From Acidobacteriota bacterium (lineage in GTDB: Bacteria; Acidobacteriota; Terriglobia; Acidiferrales; UBA7541): a stretch of 64,000 nucleotides of DNA. The notes beneath the pieces are model-generated. The model was not told where the DNA came from. It was given only the letters and a program-made list of their open reading frames with translations, and searched no databases. Shown here piece by piece: positions 48,654-58,444 of this stretch (the stretch's first letter is position 1; the number at the start of each line of letters is the position of its first letter). The position numbers were made by a program, and so were the translations under genes. The stretch covers positions 26,996-90,995 of the forward strand of contig JABCZF010000018.1 of NCBI GenBank assembly GCA_013289825.1, read 5' to 3'.

Positions 48654-49634
48654 TTAGCCGATCAGTTTCTCCAAATACTCTTTTGCCCCTCGCACATCCG
48701 CCATCTGCTGCGCCCCTGAAATCTCCCGCTCAATGGTCACCGCCCCCGGATACTTCATCTCCTTCAACCGTGCAATAATCCTGACAAAATCCACCTTCCC
48801 CTTCCCAATCGCCACTTCCTCTCCCAAATCTTTCGGGTTCGTAGGCCACAACCCATCCTTCGCATGAATCCCCTGCACATATGGCCCCAGAATCTCAATC
48901 GCATCCACAGGGTTCGCCTTCCCATACAAAATCAGATTGGCCAAATCAAAATTCACTCCCTGATTGTCCAACCCCACATCCCGAATCGCCCGAACCAGGG
49001 TAATCGGCGTCTCCTGCCCGGTCTCATACCGAAAATTCTGCCCATTTCGCCTGCAATACTCCGCCACCTCCCGCATCGCCGCGACGGTCTCCTTGTACAA
49101 CTCCTCGTTCGGGTTCTCCGGAATAAATCCGCAATGCGTCTGCACCGCCGCCACGCCGCATTCTTTCGCAAACTCGGAAGCCTTCTTGATATGCGCCACC
49201 CGCGCCGCTCGCGTCTCCCGCGGCACAAGTCCAATGGTCAGCGGCCCCGCATAGAAATCCCATACCTCTTTGCCGGGCCCGCCCACCACGATCGACGTTG
49301 CTTCAATTCCATACTTCAGAAGCGCCTTCGTGAGCTTCTCCGCAAGCTCTCGCGGAAACTCTTCGAAATAGGCCTGACAGGTTGGCAGCCCAAGTTCGTG
49401 CACTTTCGCCAAGGCCGCATCGGGATCTTTCCCCATTCCGATAATCAGACCCAGCCTCAGGGGCTTCTTTCGATCGTTCCCAAACGCTTTCTGCGCACTT
49501 TCCGTAGTACTCGATCCCCGCGTCGATACCTCTTTGTTTGCGCCGGCTATCGACGCCTCTCGCCCAGACCCAAAACCCGCCGCCAGCGCCCCAACCGAGC
49601 TCTGCAAAAATCTCCTGCGATTATGTTTTTTCAT
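48654..49634 (-). CDS. Sugar phosphate isomerase/epimerase, Tat signal
   Basis: RRRFLQ, ETGQE, NFDLANL..YG, HAKDG, TIEREI. Confidence 0.93.
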   Translation of the reverse strand: MKKHNRRRFLQSSVGALAAGFGSGREASIAGANKEVSTRGSSTTESAQKAFGNDRKKPLRLGLIIGMGKDPDAALAKVHELGLPTCQAYFEEFPRELAEKLTKALLKYGIEATSIVVGGPGKEVWDFYAGPLTIGLVPRETRAARVAHIKKASEFAKECGVAAVQTHCGFIPENPNEELYKETVAAMREVAEYCRRNGQNFRYETGQETPITLVRAIRDVGLDNQGVNFDLANLILYGKANPVDAIEILGPYVQGIHAKDGLWPTNPKDLGEEVAIGKGKVDFVRIIARLKEMKYPGAVTIEREISGAQQMADVRGAKEYLEKLIG

Positions 49635-50087
49635 GTTTTTTCGATTCTAACAGCATCCTCCGCGTCATTTCCTCAATCGGCGTGCGGTCATCCGTAACAT
49701 CACCGCTCCCGCCCCCGGTAGAAACCCAACTATTTCCGTCGCCGCTCTTGGCGCCAACGTTTGCACGCAACCCGGCCCGCCGCTCTGTTTCAGAATCACC
49801 ATCGAAATCATCCTGCCCTAAGCATAAATCGAGTTCCCAAGATACGCCGCGTACCGCCTTAACGCCGTCAACTCCATCACCATCGCATCGGTCACGGCGG
49901 CCGCTCCCATCCGCAAAAAATACCCTCGCGCTGCTCGGCGGAGTGGCGTCGAATGGCCCGTTCATTTTCCTAGAGTTTAGAGAGGGAGCGGTTCCCACGG
50001 CCCCTGTATATTCCACACCGGCCTGTTAACCGTCAATCGAAACAATCTGACTTCGTGCGCTACAAATGTGTTTCAGTCCGCAATCTA

Positions 50088-51388
50088 CTAAGGAACTGGC
50101 GTAGCATTTCGCTGGTTCAGAGCGATGGTATTGGCCCCGGCTCGAAGGTCAACCTTTATGTCCCACAACAGTATCTGCCCGCCGCTAAACATCGACCCCA
50201 TCAAATAGTAAGTCCCCGGCGCCACTCCCGGGAACGTAGCTTTACCAAACTGGTCCGTAAAGCCCCGGCACTTCAGGCCGGGGATATAAGGCATGCCTTT
50301 CTTGTGGTTTTGTCATAGATTCTCGTTGTCCTGAAACATGGACCTAGGGACGGGCAAAGCCCGATGTGAAGCCTGTGGAGATGCGGCGCTGTTAGGCTGA
50401 TCTGTGAAGCAGGAACCCGCCGAAGCGACCATGCGAATCTCATGGTTTCGCCGTCGGAATCCTCGCCATTAATGGCGAGGAGGATGTCAACCGTAGCATC
50501 GATTCTGATCCCGATCCCAGCAACGGTCTGGCCATTAATCGCCGTCGCCGCCGCCTGACCATCCGGCGTTCGTTGTGCACACGCCATGACCATCGCCCGA
50601 TACGGCGCAATTCCCGCCGGAACCGGAAACCGCCCTTCGCCAGTACGCTATCGAAACTGTCTCTCAACAAAACGAACGCACGGCCTGCCAGCGGATTCGC
50701 ACCGCCAGCCTCGGCGGCTACAAATCCGCTAGCAAAAGACAAGACCGCGTTACCGAGCGCCGCCGCCGCAGTAGGCATAGCTCGCGGCGGCGGCACTATT
50801 CGATATGCTGTTCACGTATTGGTCGTGATATCCGCAGCTGTAAGACGATCGGCCGTCGCCGCCACTGGTGTACCCGGTGGCAACAACTCCATCTATCTGG
50901 AGCGGACCCGGCCCGACAATCGTTCCATCGGCGGTGAGCGTGAGGACCAGGGGCTTTGGCGTAGTGTCGACGATGATGGCGGTACGGCCGTTCTTGAATT
51001 CAATCCGGTAGTTTTGTTGATTGGGAGAAAGGAAATAGCAGTTCACGAGCACGCCGCCATCAATGAAGGCCTCGACCTTCTTCGTAAACGTTTTTTCCTT
51101 CGCGATCTCATGCGCCGAAGGCTGCTTGCACGTGGGCAGCAGCTTTTTCAGCGAGCCACGCGTTTCGTTCGCGTATTTCATCATTCCGTTTGAAAGAATG
51201 GTGTCGGGGTGCCCCACGAAGCAGTTCGCAGTGTCTGACAAATTCTGCATGTTGCAATTCTCGATGAACAAGCGCTCGCCGTTGCAGACATACGTCAAAT
51301 GCAATTGCAAGTCCTGCGCGGAAGCAATCGCGCACATCACCAGCCCCATTAGCGCCGTGATCCCGATAACGCTTGCTCTAATTTTCAT
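50088..51388 (-). pseudogene. Fragmented gene for an exported protein
   Basis: Protein-like segments in four successive ORFs (50750-51388, 50440-50796, 50273-50593, 50088-50294), from a signal peptide to ..GKATFPGVAPGTYYL.. Confidence 0.7.
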
Positions 51389-51645
51389 TGCAACTCTCCT
51401 TCGCGCTCCACTCCCCGCAGAATGTTGGATTCTCCATGGGATTCGCCTGCCGCAACATAGAGAGCCCCCGGGTCCAGGCGCCCCTGATCTCTGTGTTGCG
51501 GCACTCTACTAGGCATTGCGCAAATCTTGGGAAAAACCGTCATGCGGGGCCGGCCGTTAGACCGGTGTCTTCGGATTTTTCGACCACCCTGGTTTTGGGG
51601 CCAAGGCCTGCAACCGCAAAATCTCGACTGTCGGATTTGTCTCCG

Positions 51646-51920
51646 CTATCGCTTAGTGGCACGACCCATGTCCACTCGCCGGAGCGTTATCATGCGAGCC
51701 GGCAATGTCCACGCCGTCTGCTCCCCGTTGAAGCTAAGCGATCCATGTGTCTGCCGTGCCAGCGGCTCAAGTTCCACGTACGACTTGCCCTGCAGCCGCA
51801 ATAGGAGCCTGACCTGCCTGCCCATTCGCGACGAATATTCGAGCTTCTTCCCCCAGCCTGCGACACAGCTATCCCCGGCACCACCAGAAGGGCTGCAAGT
51901 CTCTGCCATTCTCCCCATGA
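51646..51920 (-). pseudogene. Remnant of an exported protein gene
   Basis: Three frames join: LAALLVVPGIAVSQ / FVANGQAGQAPI / QGKSYVELEPLARQTHGSLSFNG. Confidence 0.4.
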
Positions 51921-52250
51921 TCTTTTTCGGATAAGCCCGCCCCTCAATCGGCGAGGTCACCGAATTGACTTGCCATATTGTTTTGTACGGGAGGGCGAAT
52001 TCTACGAACCAAGACGAGCGTCTTGAATCTCGTATGGAAGTTGCCAAATGCCTCGATGCGCTCCCGCCTCACGGTCAGGCCTAGAGGTGGAAACCAAGCT
52101 TCGCCAAAGCTGCCGCTACGCGCCGCGCCGCCGGTTTCTTCAGGAGCACCAATGGCGGCGCGGCAACAGCAACCCCGCGTTAGCGGGGTCTGCACTACCC
52201 ACTATCCTCTACCACTGGTCATCGATGATCACAAGCCGCGCCATTCACCC

Positions 52251-52544
52251 TCAATGACTGTCCGGATGACTGTGCCGCCAATTCCAATACTTATTCTGTT
52301 GTCCGTGATTCAGCGTCGTGTACTCCCGGTATTCTTGGTGCTGTTCTCCAAGATATACGCGGTAGGTTCGGTCCTCGTTCTCATCCCAATTGTGGTAGTC
52401 CTTGTGCGCGCGATCGTAAACGCGTGACTGTTTTTTTTCGTCTTTGTGGTCGTCTTGCGTTGCCGCGCTCGTTCTAATTGCCACGGGTGCGGTCAGTGCG
52501 GCACTCAAGAAAAGAAAACCTATGTATCGGTATCCGGCCTTCAT
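52251..52544 (-). CDS. Small secreted His/Tyr/Trp-rich protein
   Basis: GAGGAG RBS, signal peptide, YDRAHKDYHNW..YWNWRHSHPD. Confidence 0.85.
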   Translation of the reverse strand: MKAGYRYIGFLFLSAALTAPVAIRTSAATQDDHKDEKKQSRVYDRAHKDYHNWDENEDRTYRVYLGEQHQEYREYTTLNHGQQNKYWNWRHSHPDSH

Positions 52545-52597
52545 TTTGTACTCCTCCTCAGCCTAAGAGATCCAATTCTGGTCTCTTGGCTGGCGTC

Positions 52598-52640
52598 AGT
52601 ATGCGCGCAGCCTCTAGCCGAAGATGTACGATAGAAGACA
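52598..52640 (-). promoter_or_regulatory. CRP/FNR-type box plus -10 (class II geometry)
   Basis: TGTCT-N6-GTACA, 21 nt, CATACT. Confidence 0.65.
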
Positions 52641-52812
52641 GGTCCTCAGAACGGTGAAATTGGCTCATTTCTTCGGAATTCGATGAGTTTAGCCCCGAAA
52701 AACATCTGCGTCATCCATCCTAACCGCGGCCATTCCCTGGCAGAGCGCGCACGATCGGGCTGTTCCCCTCCCTTTCCTTTCCAGTCGGCGCCCTTCGGCC
52801 CTAACCAAAAAG

Positions 52813-52855
52813 TGTTCAATTTTGCACAGACACCTTTTTTCGATGATCGTAGGAT
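52813..52855 (+). promoter_or_regulatory. CRP/FNR-type box plus -10
   Basis: TGTTC-N6-GCACA, 21 nt, TAGGAT. Confidence 0.7.
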
Positions 52856-53253
52856 GAGTGCACAAGCGGCGAGGGGGACAATGTTAGGGACCGGATAGCA
52901 GGGCTGGGCCGAGTTCTTTTCACCTCCTCGCCGTTCCACGAATCCAGTTTGGCAGCGATCCGTTCGTCAGCCCGGCAGGACCTGGACACTTGCCGCGCTC
53001 CGCTTTAGCCAAACTGGATTCAGCTATAGGGACCACCTCAGTTAAGTCGTACCCTGGTGAAGAGGGGGCCACCCTGCAAGGTCGCAACAGACGGACCGAG
53101 TTCGCAGGATGGCCTTCTCCCCTTAAACCAACCGTCGGTTCATTTTCTGCCCCGGGCGCGACCTGAACTTTCATCTATCTGCGGACCAGGCGAACTGGGG
53201 CTCACAACGCTCCTCCGTGCCCTAACATTCCCTCCCGCTCGACATTCGCAATA

Positions 53254-53296
53254 TGCGCCTTATGGCACAGTTTTTACCTCCCCGATCTGCCAGATT
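53254..53296 (+). promoter_or_regulatory. CRP/FNR-type box plus -10 upstream of the PBP gene
   Basis: TGCGC-N6-GCACA, 21 nt, CAGATT with TGn extension. Confidence 0.6.
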
Positions 53297-53380
53297 GGTA
53301 TCTCTGTCTTTAACTCATGGAACAAGGTCTAGGGAGGCTCCGCGTAAGTAAGGACCTCGCACCTTGACGCTATAACTCGT

Positions 53381-55777
53381 GTGCAGGACACTCATTCCAT
53401 CGCGAAACATTTTCCCTGGAGCTTTCTCTTCACCTTAAAGGCCGTTTGGACCAACTGCAAGCGTCGTCACCTTCTACAGATCGCAGCTGCAATCGCTGCG
53501 TTCCCTCTAGTTATCACGATTCTTGTGCTCTTCTATATCAACTTAGGTCGGTCGGATTTGCCGGACCTGGACGCTTTCATTCGCTTTGAGCCTCCCACCA
53601 TTGGCCATGTCTACGACGCGCAAGGTCAAGTCCTGCTCGAACTGGCCCGCGAACGGCGGCAAGTCATACAATATAAAGACATTCCCGAAGTCGTTCGCCA
53701 GGCCATCCTCTCTGCCGAAGACGAAAACTTTTTCTCCCACTCCGGAGTGGACTATTCCGTCTTCCTCCGCGTGCTGGCCAAGAGCAACCCTCGCGCCATC
53801 TTCTCCCGCCACAAAACCTCGATCGGAGGAGCCCCCCCAGAGCGCGTCCTTGTGTTTCCCCAAGGCGGCTCGACCATCACCCAGCAGCTAGTTCGCGGGT
53901 ACTTCCTCCAAAGACTGACCAGCACGGAAAACGCCGCCGTCGCCCAACACCACGGCCTCCTACCCCGCGTCGTGGCCTGTTTTATCGGCGCACCCTCCAC
54001 CAACAAGCTCCTCCGAAAGCTCGAGGAGATGCGTCTCTCGCTGTGGATCGAGAAGGAGATGGAAAAGCACTACGAGTCCAAGCAGAAAGCCAAAGAAGAG
54101 CTCTTCGCCCGATACGCCAGTTTCATCTACTTGGGGAATGGACGGTACGGCTTTGCAGCGGCCTCCAAATTCTATTTCGGCAAATCCATTGACACCTTCA
54201 CCCCGGACGACGCCGACAAAGCTGCACTGCTCGCAGGCATCACCAAGTCCCCCGGCGAATACGCTCCCACGGGCTCAGATCTTCAGAAACCATTGCGCAG
54301 GCGAAACCAGATTCTGGCCCTGATGGCCGCCAACCACTTTATCTCCTCAGATACCGCCCTGCGCTTCCAACAAATCCCAATTCATGTGGCCACCCACGCC
54401 ACGGAACCCATCGCAGCCCCCGCCGCGGCGGAAAATGTCCTCGAAGAACTCAAGGCACTCGCTGTGCATCTCTCGCCCGGGGACTCCCCGGAGATCGGAG
54501 TTCGTCAGCTTCTGGATGGGCACATCCAGATCTATTCGACCGTCGACAACCGCATCCAGCGTATCGCCAACACCGCACTGGACCATGGCCTGAAGCTCTA
54601 CGAAGAGCGCCATACGCGCACCGTGGGGCTGATTCAGGGTTCTGTGGTTGTTTTGCGAAACAGTGATTCCGCTATCCTCGCGGAATCCGGTGGCCGCGGC
54701 CTCTACAAGGGCCATAGCAGCAGCTACAGCGACTATAACCGCGTCACGCAGTCCATCCGGCAGCCAGGCTCAGCCATGAAGCCCATTGTCTACCTCGCCG
54801 CCTTTCGCCAAGGCGCCTTCGATCTCAACACCCTCGTGCCCGACGAACCCATCTCCGTCGTGGTTGCCAGGAATCGCCCCCTAAAGTGGATTTCCAACTT
54901 CGACGGCGAATTCAAAGGCATGATTCCCGCGCGCCAGGCGCTTGCGGAATCCAGAAACGCCGTAGCCGTCTGGCTCGCCGAGCAGATCGGCATGGCGAGC
55001 GTCCTGCAAACTGCGCTAGACCTCGGCATCCGCACCAGGCTTCAGCCCTATCCAACCACTGCCCTCGGTGCTTCGGAAGTCTCTCTTCTCGAACTCGCAA
55101 ACGCTTTCCGCATGATGGCTAGCGGAGTCCTCGCCGATCCGCACGTTATAGATCGCATTGAACATACGCAAGGAGCGGTTGTCTACAGATTTGAGTCACC
55201 CTGCTGCGCCCAAGCCACCACTGATTCGGGATTGTCCATGATTCAGGAAGGTCTTCGCGGTGTTGTACGTATCCCCTCCGGCACAGCCCACGCGCTCGAT
55301 TCGCGCGCCTTTCCCATCCCGGTCATGGGCAAAACGGGAACCACCAGTAACTACCGCGATGCGCTCTTTGTCGGTTCCACGTTTGGACCCGGCGGAATCA
55401 CCGTAGCAGTCCGCATCGGCTTTGATGACAACCGCACGCTAGGCAGGCAAGAAACAGGCGGCCGCGCCGCCCTTCCCGTGTTCAGAGAAATCATGCTGAA
55501 AATCTACCAGGAAAAGCTCGTCGGCCCCGCCCCGCCCTTCCCCGTGGACATGGAAAAGAACATCGATGCGTATCTAAGTGGCGATCGCCCAGGTAAAGAA
55601 CAAACGCCTCCGCTGGATTCCCCGGCCGTCGTGGGTCTCGCTAAAATCGTGACGGACGGCTGCCGCGGGGCGACAGACTTCCTGCCAACAAACCCCTGTC
55701 CGCCCCCAGGCAACTCCGTGCATCCCATCTACCACACCAAAAATGAACGCGGCCACGCAGTCTTTACGAACGACTGA
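53381..55777 (+). CDS. Class A penicillin-binding protein (PBP1A family)
   Basis: SAEDENFFSH.GVD, GGSTITQQL; SAMK (SxxK), SRN, KTGT. Confidence 0.95.
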   Translation: MQDTHSIAKHFPWSFLFTLKAVWTNCKRRHLLQIAAAIAAFPLVITILVLFYINLGRSDLPDLDAFIRFEPPTIGHVYDAQGQVLLELARERRQVIQYKDIPEVVRQAILSAEDENFFSHSGVDYSVFLRVLAKSNPRAIFSRHKTSIGGAPPERVLVFPQGGSTITQQLVRGYFLQRLTSTENAAVAQHHGLLPRVVACFIGAPSTNKLLRKLEEMRLSLWIEKEMEKHYESKQKAKEELFARYASFIYLGNGRYGFAAASKFYFGKSIDTFTPDDADKAALLAGITKSPGEYAPTGSDLQKPLRRRNQILALMAANHFISSDTALRFQQIPIHVATHATEPIAAPAAAENVLEELKALAVHLSPGDSPEIGVRQLLDGHIQIYSTVDNRIQRIANTALDHGLKLYEERHTRTVGLIQGSVVVLRNSDSAILAESGGRGLYKGHSSSYSDYNRVTQSIRQPGSAMKPIVYLAAFRQGAFDLNTLVPDEPISVVVARNRPLKWISNFDGEFKGMIPARQALAESRNAVAVWLAEQIGMASVLQTALDLGIRTRLQPYPTTALGASEVSLLELANAFRMMASGVLADPHVIDRIEHTQGAVVYRFESPCCAQATTDSGLSMIQEGLRGVVRIPSGTAHALDSRAFPIPVMGKTGTTSNYRDALFVGSTFGPGGITVAVRIGFDDNRTLGRQETGGRAALPVFREIMLKIYQEKLVGPAPPFPVDMEKNIDAYLSGDRPGKEQTPPLDSPAVVGLAKIVTDGCRGATDFLPTNPCPPPGNSVHPIYHTKNERGHAVFTND

Positions 55778-55883
55778 ATCCGGTCCAGCTCTTCACGACC
55801 ACACCTCGCCGTCCGACACAAAATGACGAAGTCCGTTCCAACAACTCTCATCTTCCTCAAGGGATCTGTGGTTCGCCTGGCTC

Positions 55884-56432
55884 CTAGTCGGTGGAACTAG
55901 CCTTCTGATCCTTCACTTCCAGTTCATTCACCACCTGTTTTACATTCGGCACACCAGCCGCAAGGTGCTCCACGGACGCGCGCCTGGTCTGCGAATTAAC
56001 ATGGCCCGTCAGCGTGATCACGCCGTTCTTCACCGCGTATTTAACGTTGCTATCCAACTTGTGTTGTATCAGGACGGCATCGAAGTTTTTCTCAATGCCG
56101 CCGTCAAGAGCGGAGTCCACCTTTTTCGCAAGGCTCTCCCCACCCGCAGGACGCACGGCAATCTGGTCAGAAATCACTTGCCCTCCGCCGATGGATCGGG
56201 CGATCGATTCGGCTTGCGACTTATCTTCCACTGACGTCGTCGTGCCCGTCAGGGTGACCACTCCCTTGTCTCGGTCCTGGCTCACGCTGACATCTTTGAG
56301 CCCGGCTTGATCCAGGGACCGACGGATGCTATCGGCCACCTCCACCGATTGTGTGGGCGCACTCGAGCACCCTGAAATACTCCCCACCGCGAACATAGCA
56401 AGCAACGCACCTGACAAGATGTTTGATCTCAT
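55884..56432 (-). CDS. Dual BON-domain lipoprotein
   Basis: Lipobox ISGC; GVVTLTG and GVITLTG..GV..VVNEL. Confidence 0.93.
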   Translation of the reverse strand: MRSNILSGALLAMFAVGSISGCSSAPTQSVEVADSIRRSLDQAGLKDVSVSQDRDKGVVTLTGTTTSVEDKSQAESIARSIGGGQVISDQIAVRPAGGESLAKKVDSALDGGIEKNFDAVLIQHKLDSNVKYAVKNGVITLTGHVNSQTRRASVEHLAAGVPNVKQVVNELEVKDQKASSTD

Positions 56433-56795
56433 GTTTCTCCATTTCTTACGCATTCGTTTTTGATCACACGTACCTTAACTGCGCGATTCCGTAGTTCTCG
56501 GGGCTCTGGTCCCACCGCAATGGCCCGCAAGGCCACCGTTCTTGCCTATCTAAAGAAAACCCGGCAACGGATAACTTAGAAAGTCGGCCGAACTCGAAAG
56601 GTCCGTCTCGGGTTGCCGCGTGCAGCCACTCTAGAGAGAGTTGTAACCGGCAGTGCCTCACAATGCAGCAAGGTACCTATTTTTCAAAGACGGGATCCTC
56701 CCCGCCGGAATCTCTCTAAACATAAATTTCATTTTGGATGCCCGCATGCTCGACCGTTTGCCCGCGAGATCCCAACGTGAAATCTCAGTCGAGCA

Positions 56796-56838
56796 ACGAT
56801 AGAGAAATTTCGGGGCTGTGTCTGTACAAAACGGCACG
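56796..56838 (-). promoter_or_regulatory. CRP/FNR-type box plus -10
   Basis: CGTGC-N6-GTACA, 21 nt, TATCGT. Confidence 0.65.
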
Positions 56839-56886
56839 GAATTCCGAGCGCGAGCGTACCTCGCGTGAGAGAACAACTATCTTTTG

Positions 56887-57087
56887 CTACTTTCCGCTGG
56901 CCTTTTCGGATTTCTGGTGCGCTTCTTGTGAGGACCTGAACGCGTTGGTAGCGTGTTCCATCGCCTGTTTGGAAAGTTCGTGCCCGGTCAGGTGATCCTC
57001 TTTGCCGTGATGTACGGCCGCCGAACGATGCGCATGCGCCGCCAGTTCGTGAAGCTCCGCGGCTCTCTGATGGAAATTCTGCGACAT
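56887..57087 (-). CDS. Small His-rich helical protein (66 aa)
   Basis: HQRAAELHELAAHAHRSAAVHH; GAGG RBS. Confidence 0.85.
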   Translation of the reverse strand: MSQNFHQRAAELHELAAHAHRSAAVHHGKEDHLTGHELSKQAMEHATNAFRSSQEAHQKSEKASGK

Positions 57088-57143
57088 GGCATTTCCTCTC
57101 TAAAACATTGGGATCTCTCGGCCTCTACCTTCAGACCGCGCGA

Positions 57144-57356
57144 TTAGTTACTCCGCGACTGCATGGCTTCCTTGGCCAGCGCCAGCCACGCAAATTCTTC
57201 GGCAAGAACTCGTACGCCGCCCCGCGCGTCAGGCGCCACTTCGCAGCAAACCTCGCAGGCGCTTATTCGTTCAAAGACATCGGGCGATGAAAACGCTAAC
57301 GCATCGCAAACTTCGTTCCACGTTGCTAGATGATCCAATAGCATGGCGCTGCCCAT
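57144..57356 (-). CDS. Hypothetical protein (70 aa)
   Basis: GAGG RBS; co-oriented in the small-gene run; CEVCC. Confidence 0.55.
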   Translation of the reverse strand: MGSAMLLDHLATWNEVCDALAFSSPDVFERISACEVCCEVAPDARGGVRVLAEEFAWLALAKEAMQSRSN

Positions 57357-57419
57357 ATCTTTGCCTCACTGTTTCCGCCCAGCGGCAAATGCCCAGCCGC
57401 AGGGCTGCCCTTCACGGCT

Positions 57420-57575
57420 CTATATTCGAATCCCCCCGAACAGGTATACAACTACTACAATGATCACCACCACCCCCACGATCCCGATCCCTCCGCGGTT
57501 TCCCCACCTCGAATACCCGTAATACCCGCCTCCACCGCCGAACAACAGCAACAGCACAAGAATCAGAAGTAACAT
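57420..57575 (-). CDS. DUF3309-like small membrane protein (51 aa, not in ORF track)
   Basis: MLLLILVLLLLFGGGGGYYGYSRWGNRGGIGIVGVVVIIVVVVYLFGGIRI; GAGGAG RBS. Confidence 0.85.
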   Translation of the reverse strand: MLLLILVLLLLFGGGGGYYGYSRWGNRGGIGIVGVVVIIVVVVYLFGGIRI

Positions 57576-57688
57576 TCGAATCTCCTCTCAGTTCACCAAT
57601 CTCATCGGCTATTCTTTTAAAGCGCGACTCGCGTCCAGGCCTCGTCGTTCGAACAGTTGGTCTTGCGCCAGCCAGTCCGATATTGCAC

Positions 57689-57868
57689 TTATTTGCCGAG
57701 TACTTTCTTTACCTGCCCGACTTTCTCTTGGACTTTCCCGGCGATCTCTTCTGCTTGCCCCTCATCCTCAAGGTCGGGGTCGTTCGTTACTTCTCCTACC
57801 TTTTCTTTCACTTTTCCCTTCAACTTGTGCAGCGTCCCCTCGACTTCATCTTGTATTCCTGGTTTCAT
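57689..57868 (-). CDS. csbD: CsbD-family stress protein
   Basis: KGKVKEKVGEVTNDPDLEDEG..GKVQEKVG; AGGAG RBS. Confidence 0.93.
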   Translation of the reverse strand: MKPGIQDEVEGTLHKLKGKVKEKVGEVTNDPDLEDEGQAEEIAGKVQEKVGQVKKVLGK

Positions 57869-57937
57869 TGGTTTTCTCCTGCACACATGTTTTCAGCTGT
57901 CCTGTTAGATTCCCTTGACCCACTCCAAACAGGGTTT

Positions 57938-58093
57938 CTAATCTATTTTGCCTTGGCACACTACATGGCCGCACTTGCACTCAATGTCCGGTATTTTTTC
58001 CATAGCTTCGCACTGCACGCTGCAATATTTCCCCGACGCGGCCGCGCACGAGCAGTTCGGATGAGCGCACTTCTTCACTTTCTCAGTTTCCAT
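57938..58093 (-). CDS. Bacterial metallothionein-like protein (51 aa, not in ORF track)
   Basis: METEKVKKCAHPNCSCAAASGKYCSVQCEAMEKIPDIECKCGHVVCQGKID; 8 Cys and 2 His; GAGGGAG RBS. Confidence 0.85.
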   Translation of the reverse strand: METEKVKKCAHPNCSCAAASGKYCSVQCEAMEKIPDIECKCGHVVCQGKID

Positions 58094-58187
58094 TGGTCTC
58101 TCCCTCGCCGAGATTCTCCATCTGCCACTTCCAAAAACGGCCCGATGTTCTCCGAACTACTTTTCCTGGGGATCCCTGATCGAAGTC

Positions 58188-58230
58188 AACATACGAGAAT
58201 TCCCAGTCCCCGTCTGTTCAAAATCGCGCA
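58188..58230 (-). promoter_or_regulatory. CRP/FNR-type box plus -10 for metallothionein-csbD
   Basis: TGCGC-N6-GAACA, 21 nt, TATGTT. Confidence 0.7.
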
Positions 58231-58312
58231 TTCTCCAACCTTCGCCGTACCCTCCTTCCAGCCTGATGCCAATCGACGAAGTTCCAACAGCTCTCCTCGC
58301 CGCGACCGGAAC

Positions 58313-58355
58313 TGTTTCAAACTGCACAGAATTTCCTCCCTCGCCCTTCTAAAAT
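58313..58355 (+). promoter_or_regulatory. CRP/FNR-type box plus -10
   Basis: TGTTT-N6-GCACA, 21 nt, TAAAAT. Confidence 0.7.
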
Positions 58356-58444
58356 TCCCGTGGGTGATGTCCTTTCGGACAGCGGCCATCACCGCTCGGT
58401 GAGCCGTAACACTCCCAGTTTCTCGCCCTACAGGAGGCAAAACT

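Noticed and set aside
49621-50016. 131-aa - strand ORF
   Set aside because: No recognisable motif or RBS; low complexity
52940-53021. Hammerhead, SRP, 6S or retron msr-msd identity for the long hairpin
   Set aside because: CTGACGA is present on the - strand but the GAAA partner is not; no SRP core; no reverse transcriptase nearby
56540-56620. c-di-GMP-I riboswitch
   Set aside because: Lacks the GGCAAAC..GAAA..GACGCAAAG consensus
57674-57689. AGTCC-N6-GCACT as an eighth regulon box
   Set aside because: No YAnnnT hexamer at the 21-nt spacing toward the downstream gene
58146-58161. TGTTC-N6-CTACT as a regulon box
   Set aside because: Poor right arm and no -10 at the expected distance
57683-58402. 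239-aa + strand ORF
   Set aside because: Antisense to csbD and the metallothionein and runs across two promoters
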